Positions 51,711 to 64,000 of a stretch of 64,000 bases of DNA are shown here, one piece after another. The notes under the pieces were generated by a model. That model made no database searches. It saw only the letters and a program-made list of their open reading frames with translations, and was not told where the DNA came from. The translations under genes were made by a program, and so were the position numbers. The DNA lies in contig NC_068985.1 in assembly GCF_001194135.2 (NCBI RefSeq), positions 86,451,456 to 86,515,455 of the forward strand. Reading direction: 5' to 3'. This DNA is from Octopus bimaculoides (taxonomy: Eukaryota). Positions within the stretch are counted from its first letter, which is position 1, and every line of letters starts with the position of its first letter.

Positions 51711-52226
51711 TATATGTGTCTCACACAAACACACACAAGCAAATACAATCTTATCTTGTCCTCTTATTACTCCCTCTCTCTCACTTTCTCTCAATTTTAC
51801 TATCACTCTCTCACTATCTCTTTCTCTCTCTCACTGTCTTTCTCTCTCACTGTCTCTCTCTCTCACTGTCTCTCTCTCTCACTGTCTCTCTCTCTCACTA
51901 TCTCTCTCTCTCTCTCTCTCTTGATACAGATGTGCTTATTCACACACTCATACACGCACACACAAACACATGCAGACAGAATATATGGAAAGAGAAAAGG
52001 AGAGATCATGTGTGTGTGTATGTGTGTGTGAGAGAGAGAAAGAGAGAGGGAGAGAGAGAGAGAAGAGAGTGAGAGGGAAATAAACATAAAAAGGCCATAG
52101 AAGATTGTGTTTAGATGTGTATTTGTGTAGAATATAGAAAAAGAAAAAAGACATGTAAAGAGAAAAATATGAATAAATAGCAATATGTATGTGAAAAAGC
52201 AGAATATCAATGTGAAATGTAAGAAT

Positions 52227-52287
<61 letters not shown>

Positions 52288-52669
52288 ATGAGAATATGTA
52301 TTATTGATATATATATGTGTGTGTGTGAGAGAGATTGAGAGTAGCGGAGTGAGTGGGTGGCGGATAGAGTAAATGAAACATAACCATTCTTATTTATGTA
52401 TCGGTTAGATTTAATAGAAATGTGTATAATATTATAAATGGACACTTATCAGGGGAAGAAGGATTGTTTTCATGTTTCACCCATGGGAAATGATATACGT
52501 GTATTGAGAATACATGTTTGTAATTTCAAGAGAAAGGAGATAGATGTAATATCATAAGGACAGTTAGATATATGAACTTATAACCTCACATGTTTCAGGT
52601 ATGGCCTTTCTTTCGCAGCAGTATAATACAAAGAAAACAGTAATGCTAGTAGTAGTAGTAGTAGTAGTC

Positions 52670-52700
<31 letters not shown>

Positions 52701-53432
52701 AAATTGGATCGTTTCAGAATGTAAGAGCAGCAGTGGTTGTGCAGAGCATCTGTAAATATTGTTGGTGCATTCTCACATTGTATTTATTAACTCCTGATGT
52801 ATTTCTCGAACCGTGAATAACAGCAACTGCAACAACAACAACAACAACAACAACAACAGCATGATAATTTTTTCTTTGTTATTGCCAGAAGGGTCCATTC
52901 ATAGGTAGAATAAAACACCGTAGATTAACACAAAGGTGTAACCAAGCACCTAGGGATAAATGGCCACTAAATTATATAAATGAGGAAAGGGGGCAGAGAT
53001 ATTAGACAATAAAAACATGGTACAAATTTTTAAAGCTACACAAGTTAACAGGAAATTTATAGATGATTATTAAAAACACAGATACAGTTAAAAAGATATT
53101 TAAGCAAATGAGAAACAAATGGATTATCCTCCTCAAACGTGGCTTAAAAGGCAGCTTATATTGTATTAGAGCTTTACATGACTCTGTTCCATTTGTCTTT
53201 CCTTGTTTGGAACCTTTTGCACCGAATAGCATATTTTCAGTCAGTCATGCTATGCAGCATCCTGCATTCTCTGACCAGGTAATCTTTTTGTTATCCTATT
53301 TCAGTAGGTTGTTCTTCATCAATAATCAGATGTCTTTTAAATTGTTCCGTCTTTATTTATGCTTCTCAACATGACATTACATCATTATTATTTCCTTTGA
53401 AACATTTCATCAGTTTCATCACAAAAATATTG

Positions 53433-53518
53433 TTCATCAGGTGTCTTGGGGAAATTTCGAACCTGGGTTCTCATTCCTAAGGTATTTTTCGATATTAATA
53501 TTATTATTAATATTATTA
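53433..53518 (-). mobile_element. Truncated second copy of the hammerhead SINE (ends just after CTGATGAA)
   Basis: 58/60 nt identical to 11278-11337, plus (AAT)n linker. Confidence 0.9.
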
Positions 53519-53741
53519 GGATGACGAGCAAAGACTCAGAAACATGTCCCTGAATGCTGACTGGGCTGGGTGGAGGAGTTTGTCTCCCCCTCGCAAACAT
53601 AAGGACACAAGTGATTGTGTCAAGGCCGACAGGAAGCGGTCCAGCTTCCTAGGGCTAAACAACAGTAGTATATTCCCTTATTGGGATTGTCACATTGAGT
53701 TGACAATATACAACAACTTTAATATTATTATTATTCAAGAA

Positions 53742-53775
<34 letters not shown>

Positions 53776-53978
53776 NNNNNNNNNNNNNNNNNNNNNNNNN
53801 NNNNNNNNNNNNNNNNNNNNNNNNNNNNNNNNNNNNNNNNNNNNNNNNNNNNNNNNNNNNNNNNNNNNNNNNNNNNNNNNNNNNNNNNNNNNNNNNNNNN
53901 NNNNNNNNNNNNNNNNNNNNNNNNNNNNNNNNNNNNNNNNNNNNNNNNNNNNNNNNNNNNNNNNNNNNNNNNNNNNNN

Positions 53979-54038
<60 letters not shown>

Positions 54039-54702
54039 AGAGAGAGAGAGAGTGGGAGAGTGGGAAACAGCAAGAGTGCAAGAGAGAGCAAGAGAGAGAT
54101 GGTTGTGAAGTGCTAAGGTATACTCATACATCACACAGTATTACATCAAATTGTTTTCTTTTAATTCCTGACAAAGCCTGTTTCACTTTTATCAATGCCT
54201 AGTTAAGGAACGTTTCTGTTTACCCCATTCGGACTCTGGCAAAGATGCTGCTTTGATGGTTGCTAAATTCTGCCAAGTGGATATCTTCTCAGTTCACTTT
54301 TAGAAATTGATTGTTAGCAACAGCAGTGTAAGCAAAGCTAAGACTGCTGTCATTTTCTCTATTTATTTGACGACAGGTGCTTGTACATTGTTGTTGCTGT
54401 TTTGGTTCTTCCTTTTGTTTGTATACAAATTTACATTTTCCGCTATCAAATCTACTTGAGAGTTTGTCTGTTTCTTTGTTAATTCTTGTTTAGTTTTTAA
54501 AATTCTGTTTAGTGTTCTTTTTGAATTTATTTTCAAGTCTTCAAAGATTAGTACAGTGAGCCATATTAAGTGGCGCTGTTTTTCTTGCTGTTAGCTTTCA
54601 CTTAGAGGAAACATAGAAAATTATTCTACACACTACAAATACAGAGAAAAATATCTGACAGATTGTTTTCTAACTCAGGTACTGAAGTAGATATGAATAA
54701 TA

Positions 54703-55534
54703 TATCTCCAGGGCGACCAAGTTAGTAGTGGGGGTGGGTGCGCTGAAAGTGTAGCTGCTAGAATAAGAATAGCCTGGGAAAAGTTTAGAGAGCTCTTACC
54801 CCTGCTGGCGACAAAGGGACTCTCACTCAGAGTAAAAGGCAGACTGTATGACGCATGCGTACGAACAGCCATGCTACATGGCAGTGAAACATGGGCTGTA
54901 ACTGCTGAGGACATACGTAAGCTCGCAAGGAATGAAGCCAGTATGCTCTGTTGGATGTGTAATGTCAATGTGAATACCCGTCAGAGTGTAAGTATCTTGA
55001 GAGAAAAGCTGAACATTAGAAGCATCAGTTGTGGTGTGCAAGAGAGACGATTGCGCTGGTATGGACATGNNNNNNNNNNNNNNNNNNNNNNNNNNNNNNN
55101 NNNNNNNNNNNNNNNNNNNNNNNNNNNNNNNNNNNNNNNNNNNNNNNNNNNNNNNNNNNNNNNNNNNNNNNNNNNNNNNNNNNNNNNNNNNNNNNNNNNN
55201 NNNNNNNNNNNNNNNNNNNNNNNNNNNNNNNNNNNNNNNNNNNNNNNNNNNNNNNNNNNNNNNNNNNNNNNNNNNNNNNNNNNNNNNNNNNNNNNNNNNN
55301 NNNNNNNNNNNNNNNNNNNNNNNNNNNNNNNNNNNNNTGCCAGTGCCCCTGGACTGGCTTGTGCGGGTGGCACGTAAAAGCACCCACTACACTCTCTGAG
55401 TGGTTGGCGTTAGGAAGGGCATCCAGCTGTAGAAACTCTGCCAAATTAGATTGGAGCCTGGTGTTGCCATCCGGTTTCACCAGTCCTCAGTCAAATCGTC
55501 CAACCCATGCTAGCATGGAAAGCGGACGTTAAAC

Positions 55535-55577
<43 letters not shown>
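54703..55577 (+). mobile_element. Young 5'-truncated RTE LINE (RT C-terminus, gap 55070-55337, 3' UTR, (GAT)n tail)
   Basis: About 119 stop-free codons GDQVSSGGGCAESVAARIRIAWEKFRELLPLL...MLHGSETWA...RRLRWYGH up to the gap. The UTR ends AAACG(ATG)n. Confidence 0.95.
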
Positions 55578-56539
55578 CATGATGCATGATGTGAAAAAAA
55601 GGCAAGAAGGTGATAGGTGGGTTGTCTTTCGCAACAAATCTACAATATCAGAGAAGTATCATGGAACAAATCTGGCTCTTGAGTAATTCTATGCAGCTGC
55701 AATCCAGGAGATCTTATCGATGAGATTATTTCATGAGGAGTATATAAATTATAAAAATGCCAGAAGGAACGAGTATTTCAACTGTTTGTCATTCTTTAAT
55801 TATGGCAATTTCAAAGCCTTCATCACATAATAATAATATTTACATTTCTGTTCTAATATGTATGCTAAGTATTATACATTACAATTGAATATTTACTAAA
55901 TGAGGCAGACAGAGAAAGCTCACTTACCAGGTCACCAAAACATCGTGTTCACACTAATTCTTCAACTCTTATATTGTGTTTTGACATCGTTTTATGGTTG
56001 AATATCTTTCTCATTTCCAACCGCTTTATAAAGTATACTAGGTACATTCTATCGTTGGGCCAACAAAAGAGAATCTGCTTTGTCCCTGCACATTCTTTCA
56101 TTTTTACGAACACCACTAGTAAAAAAAGTCAGCCTTCTTAATGTTATCTTTGTATGTGAGCTCCTATTTTTCTCACTCATCTAAGAGGGAGGAGTGCCAG
56201 ATCGAGTTGATAATGGAAGAGTAAAAGCAGAAAAGAACCAGAGTAGTAGGGCTTAGAGAGTGATAAAAGAGGAAAAGAAATAATGGAAGAGAGGTTGATA
56301 AGCAGGTACATGAGGATTGTTGGTAAGGAGATTGGATAGAAACAAAAGGATTGTGTGACACCAAAGATTTTGATGAAGGAAAATGGTATTTTCTTGTGGT
56401 ATCAAGTTGATTTGATAATTTGAAGGACTAGCAAGGGGTCCACTTTGCCAGGTTCTTTAAGCATTTCAGTGACTTATTGTGATGGTCAAGCTGCTTTCCC
56501 TGTCTTGACGCCATTAATCATGTTCTTGGCTATATCAAC

Positions 56540-56700
56540 CAGGCATAGCTGTGTGGTTAAAAAGATTGCTTCTCAACCGTATGATTTCAGGTTGAGTCAC
56601 ACTTTGAAGCACCTTGGGCAAGTGTCTTCTACCACAACCCTGGACCAACAAAATCCTTATGAATTGATTTGCTAGACTGGAAACTGAAAGAGACCTGTTT
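56540..56700 (+). mobile_element. SINE family B, 5' half
   Basis: GCATAGCTGTGTGGTTAAAAAG..CACCTTGGGCAAGTGTCTTCTAC..GGAAACTGAAAGAG. Confidence 0.85.
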
Positions 56701-57609
56701 TGTGTGTGTGCATGTTTATTAATATGCACATATATATACGGCAAAAATATGTGCATAGAAATTGCCAAAACTGTTTTAGAATTTCGTTAAAGAAGTAAAA
56801 TTGCCTTACTTCTGTGAAATATGTACAATCAGTTTCTAATGACTTATAACTCATCCTCGTCTACTTCTTCCTCCATTTCCCCCTTCTCTTCCTCCTTCTC
56901 CTCTTACTTCTTCACCTTTTCTTTCATCTTGTTTTCCTTCTTTTTCTTCTAATCTCTTTGAATACCATTTTGAATATTCATAGAGCGCCACAGCTTTGTA
57001 ATTTCACAGAAACCTCTTACTCCTCATAACTCCTCTCCGTCATCATCTTCTCCCCACACTCTCCAACTTCCAAAAGGGAATCTGAATTCCATTTCGTTTC
57101 AGCAAAGGGAAACTTCGAGCTATTATTAAATTGCCTCATTTTGCTTTTATTTGCGATTTCGTTTATTTGAATATATGGTATGGTTAATTAATATTATATG
57201 TATATCAAAACAGGAAAATAACTTAATAAACTTGTTCGCCTTCTTATTGAGGCAAACTATTCTGACTGAATTATAAAATTGCTTAATTAATAAAATGTCA
57301 GGATTAATTCTCTGATGACTTNNNNNNNNNNNNNNNNNNNNNNNNNNNNNNNNNNNNNNNNNNNNNNNNNNNNNNNNNNNNNNNNNNNNNNNNNNNNNNN
57401 NNNNNNNNNNNNNNNNNNNNNNNNNNNNNNNNNNNNNNNNNNNNNNNNNNNNNNNNNNNNNNNNNNNNNNNNNNNNNNNNNNNNNNNNNNNNNNNNNNNN
57501 NNNNNNNNNNNNNNNNNNNNNNNNNNNNNNNNNNNNNNNNNNNNNNNNNNNNNNNTGTGAGTGTCTGTATACATATACATAAATATATACATATATATAT
57601 GTGTGTATG

Positions 57610-57657
<48 letters not shown>

Positions 57658-57752
57658 CATGTATTTATGTATGTATGCATATATGAATGTATATATGTGA
57701 TTATTTCTGTATATATATTTATATATTTATTCGTATATATGTAGTGAATGTG

Positions 57753-57837
<85 letters not shown>

Positions 57838-57910
57838 CTATCTCTGTAAGTGTGTATGTATATATGTGTGCATGTTTTCGTATTTATGTATGTAAATCAA
57901 TGCCTTCTAC

Positions 57911-58490
57911 TTAAAACCTGACAGAGTTTGTCGAGTGTGATAGATCAGAGAACTCTAGATGCCTCTGTCTAGAATGAATAGCGTTATATTTAGTTGATGC
58001 CATTGCATCCTCATCATCATCATAACCACCACCACGACCATCACCACTATCATCATCATCACCATCATCATCATTCAGATCCTCATCCTCATCATTAACA
58101 TCATCATCATCATCATCAACAATATCATCACCGTGGTCATCCACATCATCATGGTCATCATGGTCATGTTCATCATCATCATCAACATCATCATTTCCAT
58201 CATCATCAGCATTACCATCACTCCCAACAAATCTCATTGTCACCGGCCACATCATCATCATTGTCATCATCATCCTTCTCCTCCACTTTATCATCATTGT
58301 TATCCTCATCGTCGTTGACATACTCTGTGTCCTTCTCCTCCTCTTCATCATCATTATAATTGTTGTCATCATCACCTTCACTGTCGTCACCATTATTCTC
58401 ACCATCATCTTCATCATCATCAGCATCATCAAGAGCAGCAACAACCGCATGGAACCAAAGAGTGACAAACCTCCTTTTGTAATTGTCCAT
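57911..58490 (-). other. Degenerate GAT-rich tract readable as a signal-peptide-like leader plus Asp-rich ORF, broken by one extra base
   Basis: MDNYKRRFVTLWFHAVVAAL then DDADDDEDDGE...; the acidic frame resumes after a 1 nt shift at the T3 run 58229-58231 and runs to the stop at 57911. Confidence 0.2.
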
Positions 58491-58609
58491 CTCTGCCCGA
58501 AACAGCAGCATCAAATCAGCCTCAAATCAAACCTCACCATTGCTGTTTTAACCTCCATTTCTTGGATATATCAGGAATTAGAGAGACCTGAAGTGTTGCA
58601 AAGGACTAT

Positions 58610-58750
58610 GCTAATCCATATCCTCTCATCAATGAAAGGATAAAAGGTAAAGTTGGCCACGGCAGAATTTGATCTCAGAATGTAGCGATAGGTGAAATAC
58701 TTCTAGTCATTTCGACTAGCATGCTAACGATTCTGCCAGCTTGCCACTCT
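58610..58750 (-). mobile_element. SINE family A
   Basis: AATGAAAGGATAAAAGGTAAAGTTGGCCACGGCAGAATTTGATCTCAGAA..GCTAACGATTCTGCCAGCTTGCC. Confidence 0.9.
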
Positions 58751-58770
58751 ACTTCTGTCACTAATGAATA

Positions 58771-58816
<46 letters not shown>

Positions 58817-60673
58817 AGTGCGTGCGTGAGTGTATGGGTGTTTGTGCATGCATATGTGTGTATGTATATATACACATGCACACATACACAAACATATATA
58901 TTTATATATATATANNNNNNNNNNNNNNNNNNNNNNNNNNNNNNNNNNNNNNNNNNNNNNNNNNNNNNNNNNNNNNNNNNNNNNNNNNNNNNNNNNNNNN
59001 NNNNNNNNNNNNNNNNNNNNNNNNNNNNNNNNNNNNNNNNNNNNNNNNNNNNNNNNNNNNNNNNNNNNNNNNNNNNNNNNNNNNNNNNNNNNNNNNNNNN
59101 NNNNNNNNNNNNNNNNNNNNNNNNNNNNNNNNNNNNNNNNNNNNNNNNNNNNNNNNNNNNNNNNNNNNNNNNNNNNNNNNNNNNNNNNNNNNNNNNNNNN
59201 NNNNNNNNNNNNNNNNNNNNNNNNNNNNNNNNNNNNNNNNNNNNNNNNNNNNNNNNNNNNNNNNNNNNNNNNNNNNNNNNNNNNNNNNNNNNNNNNNNNN
59301 NNNNNNNNNNNNNNNNNNNNNNNNNNNNNNNNNNNNNNNNNNNNNNNNNNNNNNNNNNNNNNNNNNNNNNNNNNNNNNNNNNNNNNNNNNNNNNNNNNNN
59401 NNNNNNNNNNNNNNNNNNNNNNNNNNNNNNNNNNNNNNNNNNNNNNNNNNNNNNNNNNNNNNNNNNNATATAGTTGAAACTTACCTGCACACATACCCAT
59501 ACACACACACACACAGATCAAGATATTTGTCTGGATAATCAGTGCTGTGTGGTTAAGGAGATCAGATAGACAACAGATTAAGAGAAGAGATCCTTAACAC
59601 ACAACAGTTCGAACATCTTTTCATACAAGCTATACTGAACTTAAGTTATGTGGTATTTTCTATCTGAGTATTCAATCGCTGTTGAACTTTGGTCATTCTG
59701 AATTATTCATATCCTAACACTGGCAACACCAACAAGATTTAAAACAATGCTTACTGAGCTTGACCTCATTAATGTCTGGTTAAGATATTTCACAATAACA
59801 TCTAAGATGAAGAAATTATAAAACTGTGATGATCGTGATGATATGAAGGTGATAAGTTTTATTTCAATCAAACACTAATAGTGGAGATATAATGCCTGTG
59901 TTATTAGTAAAAGATCGGAAGTAGATAAAAGACAGTATTTTACTAAAATGCGTGACCAATAATGAATGAAATGAAAGGAATTGACCAGATTTATGTCAAA
60001 ATTCCTCTGGGCTTTTTTTAAAAATGTTGTTGCATCATCTTTGTAACGAGTTTCCTCGTTTTGTAAGATCAATAAGCATAGTCAAAGTGACCAAAATATT
60101 GGAGATGATTAAATTCCAGTATGGCTCATTGAGGACATACATCATCCATTCTATATAACAAAAATGTTGGAACAATTGCAGTTAAGAAATATTTCACTCA
60201 AAACATGTGAGAACTTCATTCTACACAACACAATGTCACCTTTTAACAGTTGGTATTCCTTACTAAATAGAACCAAGTATTGTTGATGTGTATCACCTGC
60301 TCAAATAAGGAAATTTTGTGAAAGCAAATTGTATATTTATGATTATGCATTTATTGGATAGAAATGTTTTTTATTTAGAAAAATATGCAAATTGGTTGTA
60401 TGAGGAAAAAGTGAACTATGCTTCGAGCAATGTTCAGTCAAAAGCAGTCATGAATTAAGAAATGTGCCACTTGTGAAAATATCTGATGTCAACAAAAACC
60501 ACCGTTGATAACTGAGGTTGGTGAAAATGGTATTGTCAGGTATTTTATTGTATAACTCATCCATCACTGCTGTGTTTATGAAGAAGGTTTACCATGTTGT
60601 ATATTCAGATACTGAAAGGGGCTTTACCAATTGTATGAACAACAAACTGTGCATGTCATTATTTATTTGATAG

Positions 60674-60775
60674 AAAATTCCAGCTTAGATCCTCTTGAAG
60701 TCATCTTTAATCCACATACAGGATTTCCAAGAGTTAACATCTTTGATGATATTGAAATGGACTGTCAATTTCACG
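60674..60775 (+). other. Possible symmetric phase-1 exon (ENSSLDPLEVIFNPHTGFPRVNIFDDIEMDCQFH)
   Basis: TTTATTTGATAG acceptor, 102 nt open, G|GTATTT donor. No partner exon identified. Confidence 0.2.
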
Positions 60776-61452
60776 GTATTTGATTTCCATATCGCATATA
60801 TCAAAAGAAATGTTATTCTTCCCTTCGATGTCACCTCACAGCTACATTTTAGAGACTGCAAACTAAGGACTGTCTTTAGAAAACGTTGATGATCAATTCA
60901 TACACTGGTGTCTTACATCACCGTAATTTATTTTCTGAAACACTGCTTGGTTGAGTACTAAGTAAAACCATTTCTAGAATGGAAAAAGAATGCCCAGAGA
61001 TGCTGTTCTACCAATGCTGAATGACACAATCATGTCTGACCTGAATTAATACTGGAAAACTGTGTCCTTTGCAATGGGGGTCCTGTTTCATTTGAATATC
61101 TCAGAAATAATAATTAAAATGGTTCATGGGGCATTACAGATATGTAGTGAATGTCCTTAATACATAGAGAAGAAAACTTTCAAATGAAGAACAAAATATG
61201 TCCATTGGTAATTCGTTAAGCATTTCAAAAATGGTTTTTGCTACAATGCTCCTACATCTCAATACAAAATTCTGTCTGTTGGAGATTTAAAAAAATACCT
61301 AAATCAAAATGAGCAGGTAACTTTTAAAAAATGTTTTTTTTAATAAATAGCTTTAACCATATCATTCGAAAGTTAACAACAAGGAAAAGAGCATTGTGAT
61401 CAGCGATGTATAACAATGTCCGATAGTCTGGTCGATCACATGATCATGTAAT

Positions 61453-61494
<42 letters not shown>

Positions 61495-61504
61495 NNNNNN
61501 NNNN

Positions 61505-61543
<39 letters not shown>

Positions 61544-61580
61544 TCATACATGCACATACACACGCACAAACATTCATACA

Positions 61581-61615
<35 letters not shown>

Positions 61616-61619
61616 ACAT

Positions 61620-61830
61620 ATTGTTGGTGTGTAGTTTCTAAAGCCTCGGGCAAAAGACTGAGGTATTTTATCTGACACTTAATGATCTGAGATCGAATTC
61701 TACCAAAGTCAACTTTACCTCTGGGTTTGATAAAACAAAAGACCGCTCAACTATTGGGCCAATGATATCGAATTACACACTTCCCTCAAAATTGCTACCT
61801 TGTTCCTAAGTTAGAAACTATTGTTTCACT
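61620..61830 (+). mobile_element. SINE family A-like, old
   Basis: GAGATCGAATTCTACCAAAGTCAACTTTACC..GATAAAAC..CAAAATTGCTACCTTGTTCC. Confidence 0.7.
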
Positions 61831-61959
61831 CTTGCACCGCTGCCTGTGTTCTGCATGCCTGTACATGTTCAGCAGTGGTTATGGTGACCACGAGTTCGTT
61901 ATCTATTTGATGCTTAATTGTTTATAGAACATTGATAACAAATCCGAAAACTGGCAATC

Positions 61960-62272
61960 CATCAGTTAGGCCAATGAGTGTTGCAGCTGATACAATCTAC
62001 TGAACAGCCAGCTCGTGAAACTAACACGCAAGTGGCTGAGTACTCCACAGACACGCATATTCTTGCATAGTCTCAGGGAGATTGAGGGTGACACATGTTG
62101 AGATAAGGCTGGCCTTTTGAAGCACAGGTACTACTCCTTTTTGCTACCTGAGTTGACTGGAGCAATGTGAATTAAAGTGTCTTGCTCAAGGACAAAATGT
62201 ATCATAAGGAATCAAACTGACAACCTTGCGATCGCGAACCAAATCCCTAACCACTAAGCTATGCACCTTCAC
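61960..62272 (-). mobile_element. tRNA-derived SINE family F
   Basis: Head in reverse complement at 62200-62272 (GGAATCAAACT..CCTAACCACTAAGCTATGCACC), body CAGCCAGCTCGTGAAACTAAC..GGCTGAGTACTCCACAG. Confidence 0.75.
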
Positions 62273-63068
62273 ACCCACACAGTTATAAAAGCTGTCTCAA
62301 ATGAGAACTTAGTCTGTGTTTGGAGACATATGTAATAACTGCAATTAACATAAATACAATTACGACAAAGGTTTGACTTTCTAATAATCTGCTGACAACT
62401 CAAAGACAGTTTATAAACACATAAATCTTGATAATAATGAAGTAGAAGTATGTCTAACAGTCCACATGGAACTGTTGAGAGAAAATGCAAAACCTGAATT
62501 AGTTGAGGCAAAACCCAATATTGCATTTAGTGGCATCGATGTAACCATCAAACTGAAATTCATATTCTGTATGTCAACATTTCATTTAAAAGTTTAGAAT
62601 CTGCTTTTCAAAGCATACTTCTCATATGTTTAACTGGTTGGATAATTAGGGGAAAATTGTCTTCAACAATGTTTATTAATAATGCTAGACATCTTTAATA
62701 TACATAGAATACATACATATATATATCATCATCATCATCATCATGTAATAAAGTGGTAAATGTTTGTGGATTCATAGTTTGTGGGGATTGCTTACTTTGG
62801 TGTTATTTGGGTTTCATCATAGGGAACCTATGAAAGCTTAGTTATTAACTTTTGGGAAGTTTTCGAAGGTTCTGTGGCATAATGTCTGCTGGGATATGTG
62901 ACATGTTACCAAGAGGCTTGTACATGGTAGAAATCTTTCATTCTCCTCTCCTATACCCAACGTTGTTTGTCAACAACTATGATAACTCCATATTGACATG
63001 TGTGCAGAATCTGAACTACCGTATTGAAAGAGAAAAAACATAACCGGTATTTTATACTTTATATAATA

Positions 63069-63417
63069 CTAGCAGAGCAACCCGGCGTTGCCCGGGAATG
63101 AAATTGCTGCTTATATACTGGAAGGAAAAAAGCAAAATATGCTGTATAGAAATCTGAGGACATTCTGTAGATGGACTCTCAGATGAATGATGACTGGGCG
63201 CCTCTCATGAATTGGAAAATTGAAGATGCACCAAAAAGCCTCATTGGTACTTGGAAACTTTTACGAAAATTAAAATGTGGATTAAATGAAAAAAATGATT
63301 TACGTAAATATCCTCACAAGAGTAATTGAAATAAATTGCGATTGTGGAACCCCTCACGCACGCACGCGCACGCACACACACAGAGTATCACACATCAGAT
63401 GAAATGGAAGTGTGTGT
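63069..63417 (-). mobile_element. Helitron-type non-autonomous element, 3' end
   Basis: Minus strand ends CCCGG-GCAACG-CCGGG hairpin (63096-63081), 8 nt spacer, CTAG (63072-63069), then T. The 5' end is not seen and is probably in the gap. Confidence 0.75.
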
Positions 63418-63549
63418 NNNNNNNNNNNNNNNNNNNNNNNNNNNNNNNNNNNNNNNNNNNNNNNNNNNNNNNNNNNNNNNNNNNNNNNNNNNNNNNNNNN
63501 NNNNNNNNNNNNNNNNNNNNNNNNNNNNNNNNGAGAGAGAGAGAGTAAA

Positions 63550-64000
63550 TCTATACTATATATAAAACAGAGATGTGTGTGTAATCGCCTTCACCAAATG
63601 CTTCCATACTTGTGATGCGTGAATAATTTCACCTCGGATAAATGTTAGGCTCTTCATTTGATTTTTTTAATTAAAAATAAATAATATTGCTTTATATTTC
63701 AGATTCACTTCTTTAAAAAGGTTCCTCAATGTTAACTTCCGGTATTGACGTAACAACGGCACAAAGCTTCACCCCGTATATTGTGTGTGAGTGTGTATGA
63801 GAGAGAGAGAGAGAGTAAATACCACATACACACCGCTCTCTCACTCTGTCTCACAGACGTACACACGCACCACACACAGTCAAGGGCCGTGTTGTCATAT
63901 GCATACATCCAAAGATGTATGTATATTTATGCATGTACGTATACATGACAACAAACCTCTCTCTCTCACTCACACTCTGTCTCTTACAAACACACACATA
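63550..64000 (+). mobile_element. Helitron-type element, 5' end (runs off window)
   Basis: A|TCTATACTATATATAAAAC at 63549-63568 is the typical Helitron 5' TC terminus. Downstream extent is unsupported. Confidence 0.55.

Noticed and set aside
54136-54144. CAGTATTAC, resembling a CRESS origin nonamer
   Set aside because: Not in a stem-loop and 10 kb from the Rep-like relic. Expected by chance.
55928-56115. Minus-strand segment with strong acceptor and CTG|GTAAGT donor
   Set aside because: Stops in all three frames and no other support.
57010-57129. Ser/Pro-rich terminal exon candidate KPLTPHNSSPSSSS..YY*
   Set aside because: Composition follows the surrounding pyrimidine-rich low-complexity DNA. 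No homology or partner exon.

Overview
AT-rich metazoan genomic scaffold with 14 N-gaps, nearly all abutting microsatellites, and an extreme density of simple repeats. The SINE, LINE and microsatellite repertoire looks like a coleoid cephalopod, probably Octopus (inference from recalled repeat families, not from a search). I find no confidently supportable host protein-coding gene: almost every long ORF in the track is a microsatellite or N-gap artefact. The window reads as intronic or intergenic DNA packed with mobile elements. These are roughly 30 copies of several tRNA-derived SINE or LINE-tail families, a 1.5 kb Gypsy pol relic (RT thumb, RNase H, integrase), two RTE lineages (one young and stop-free), CR1 and R4/Dong LINE ends, hAT, piggyBac-like and KRBA2/Ginger-like transposase relics, two MITEs, a 480 bp foldback and two Helitron-type termini. 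Best leads: (1) a tRNA-headed SINE at 11105-11390 carrying a near-intact minimal type I hammerhead ribozyme that could only fold as a dimer, with a truncated second copy and two decayed hammerhead-like motifs elsewhere; (2) a decayed ORF at 43619-44194 weakly resembling a CRESS-DNA virus Rep; (3) a signal-peptide-like, Asp-rich reading frame at 57911-58490 broken by one base. All protein-family calls come from manual translation and motif recall and need profile searches. Boundaries of decayed elements are approximate.
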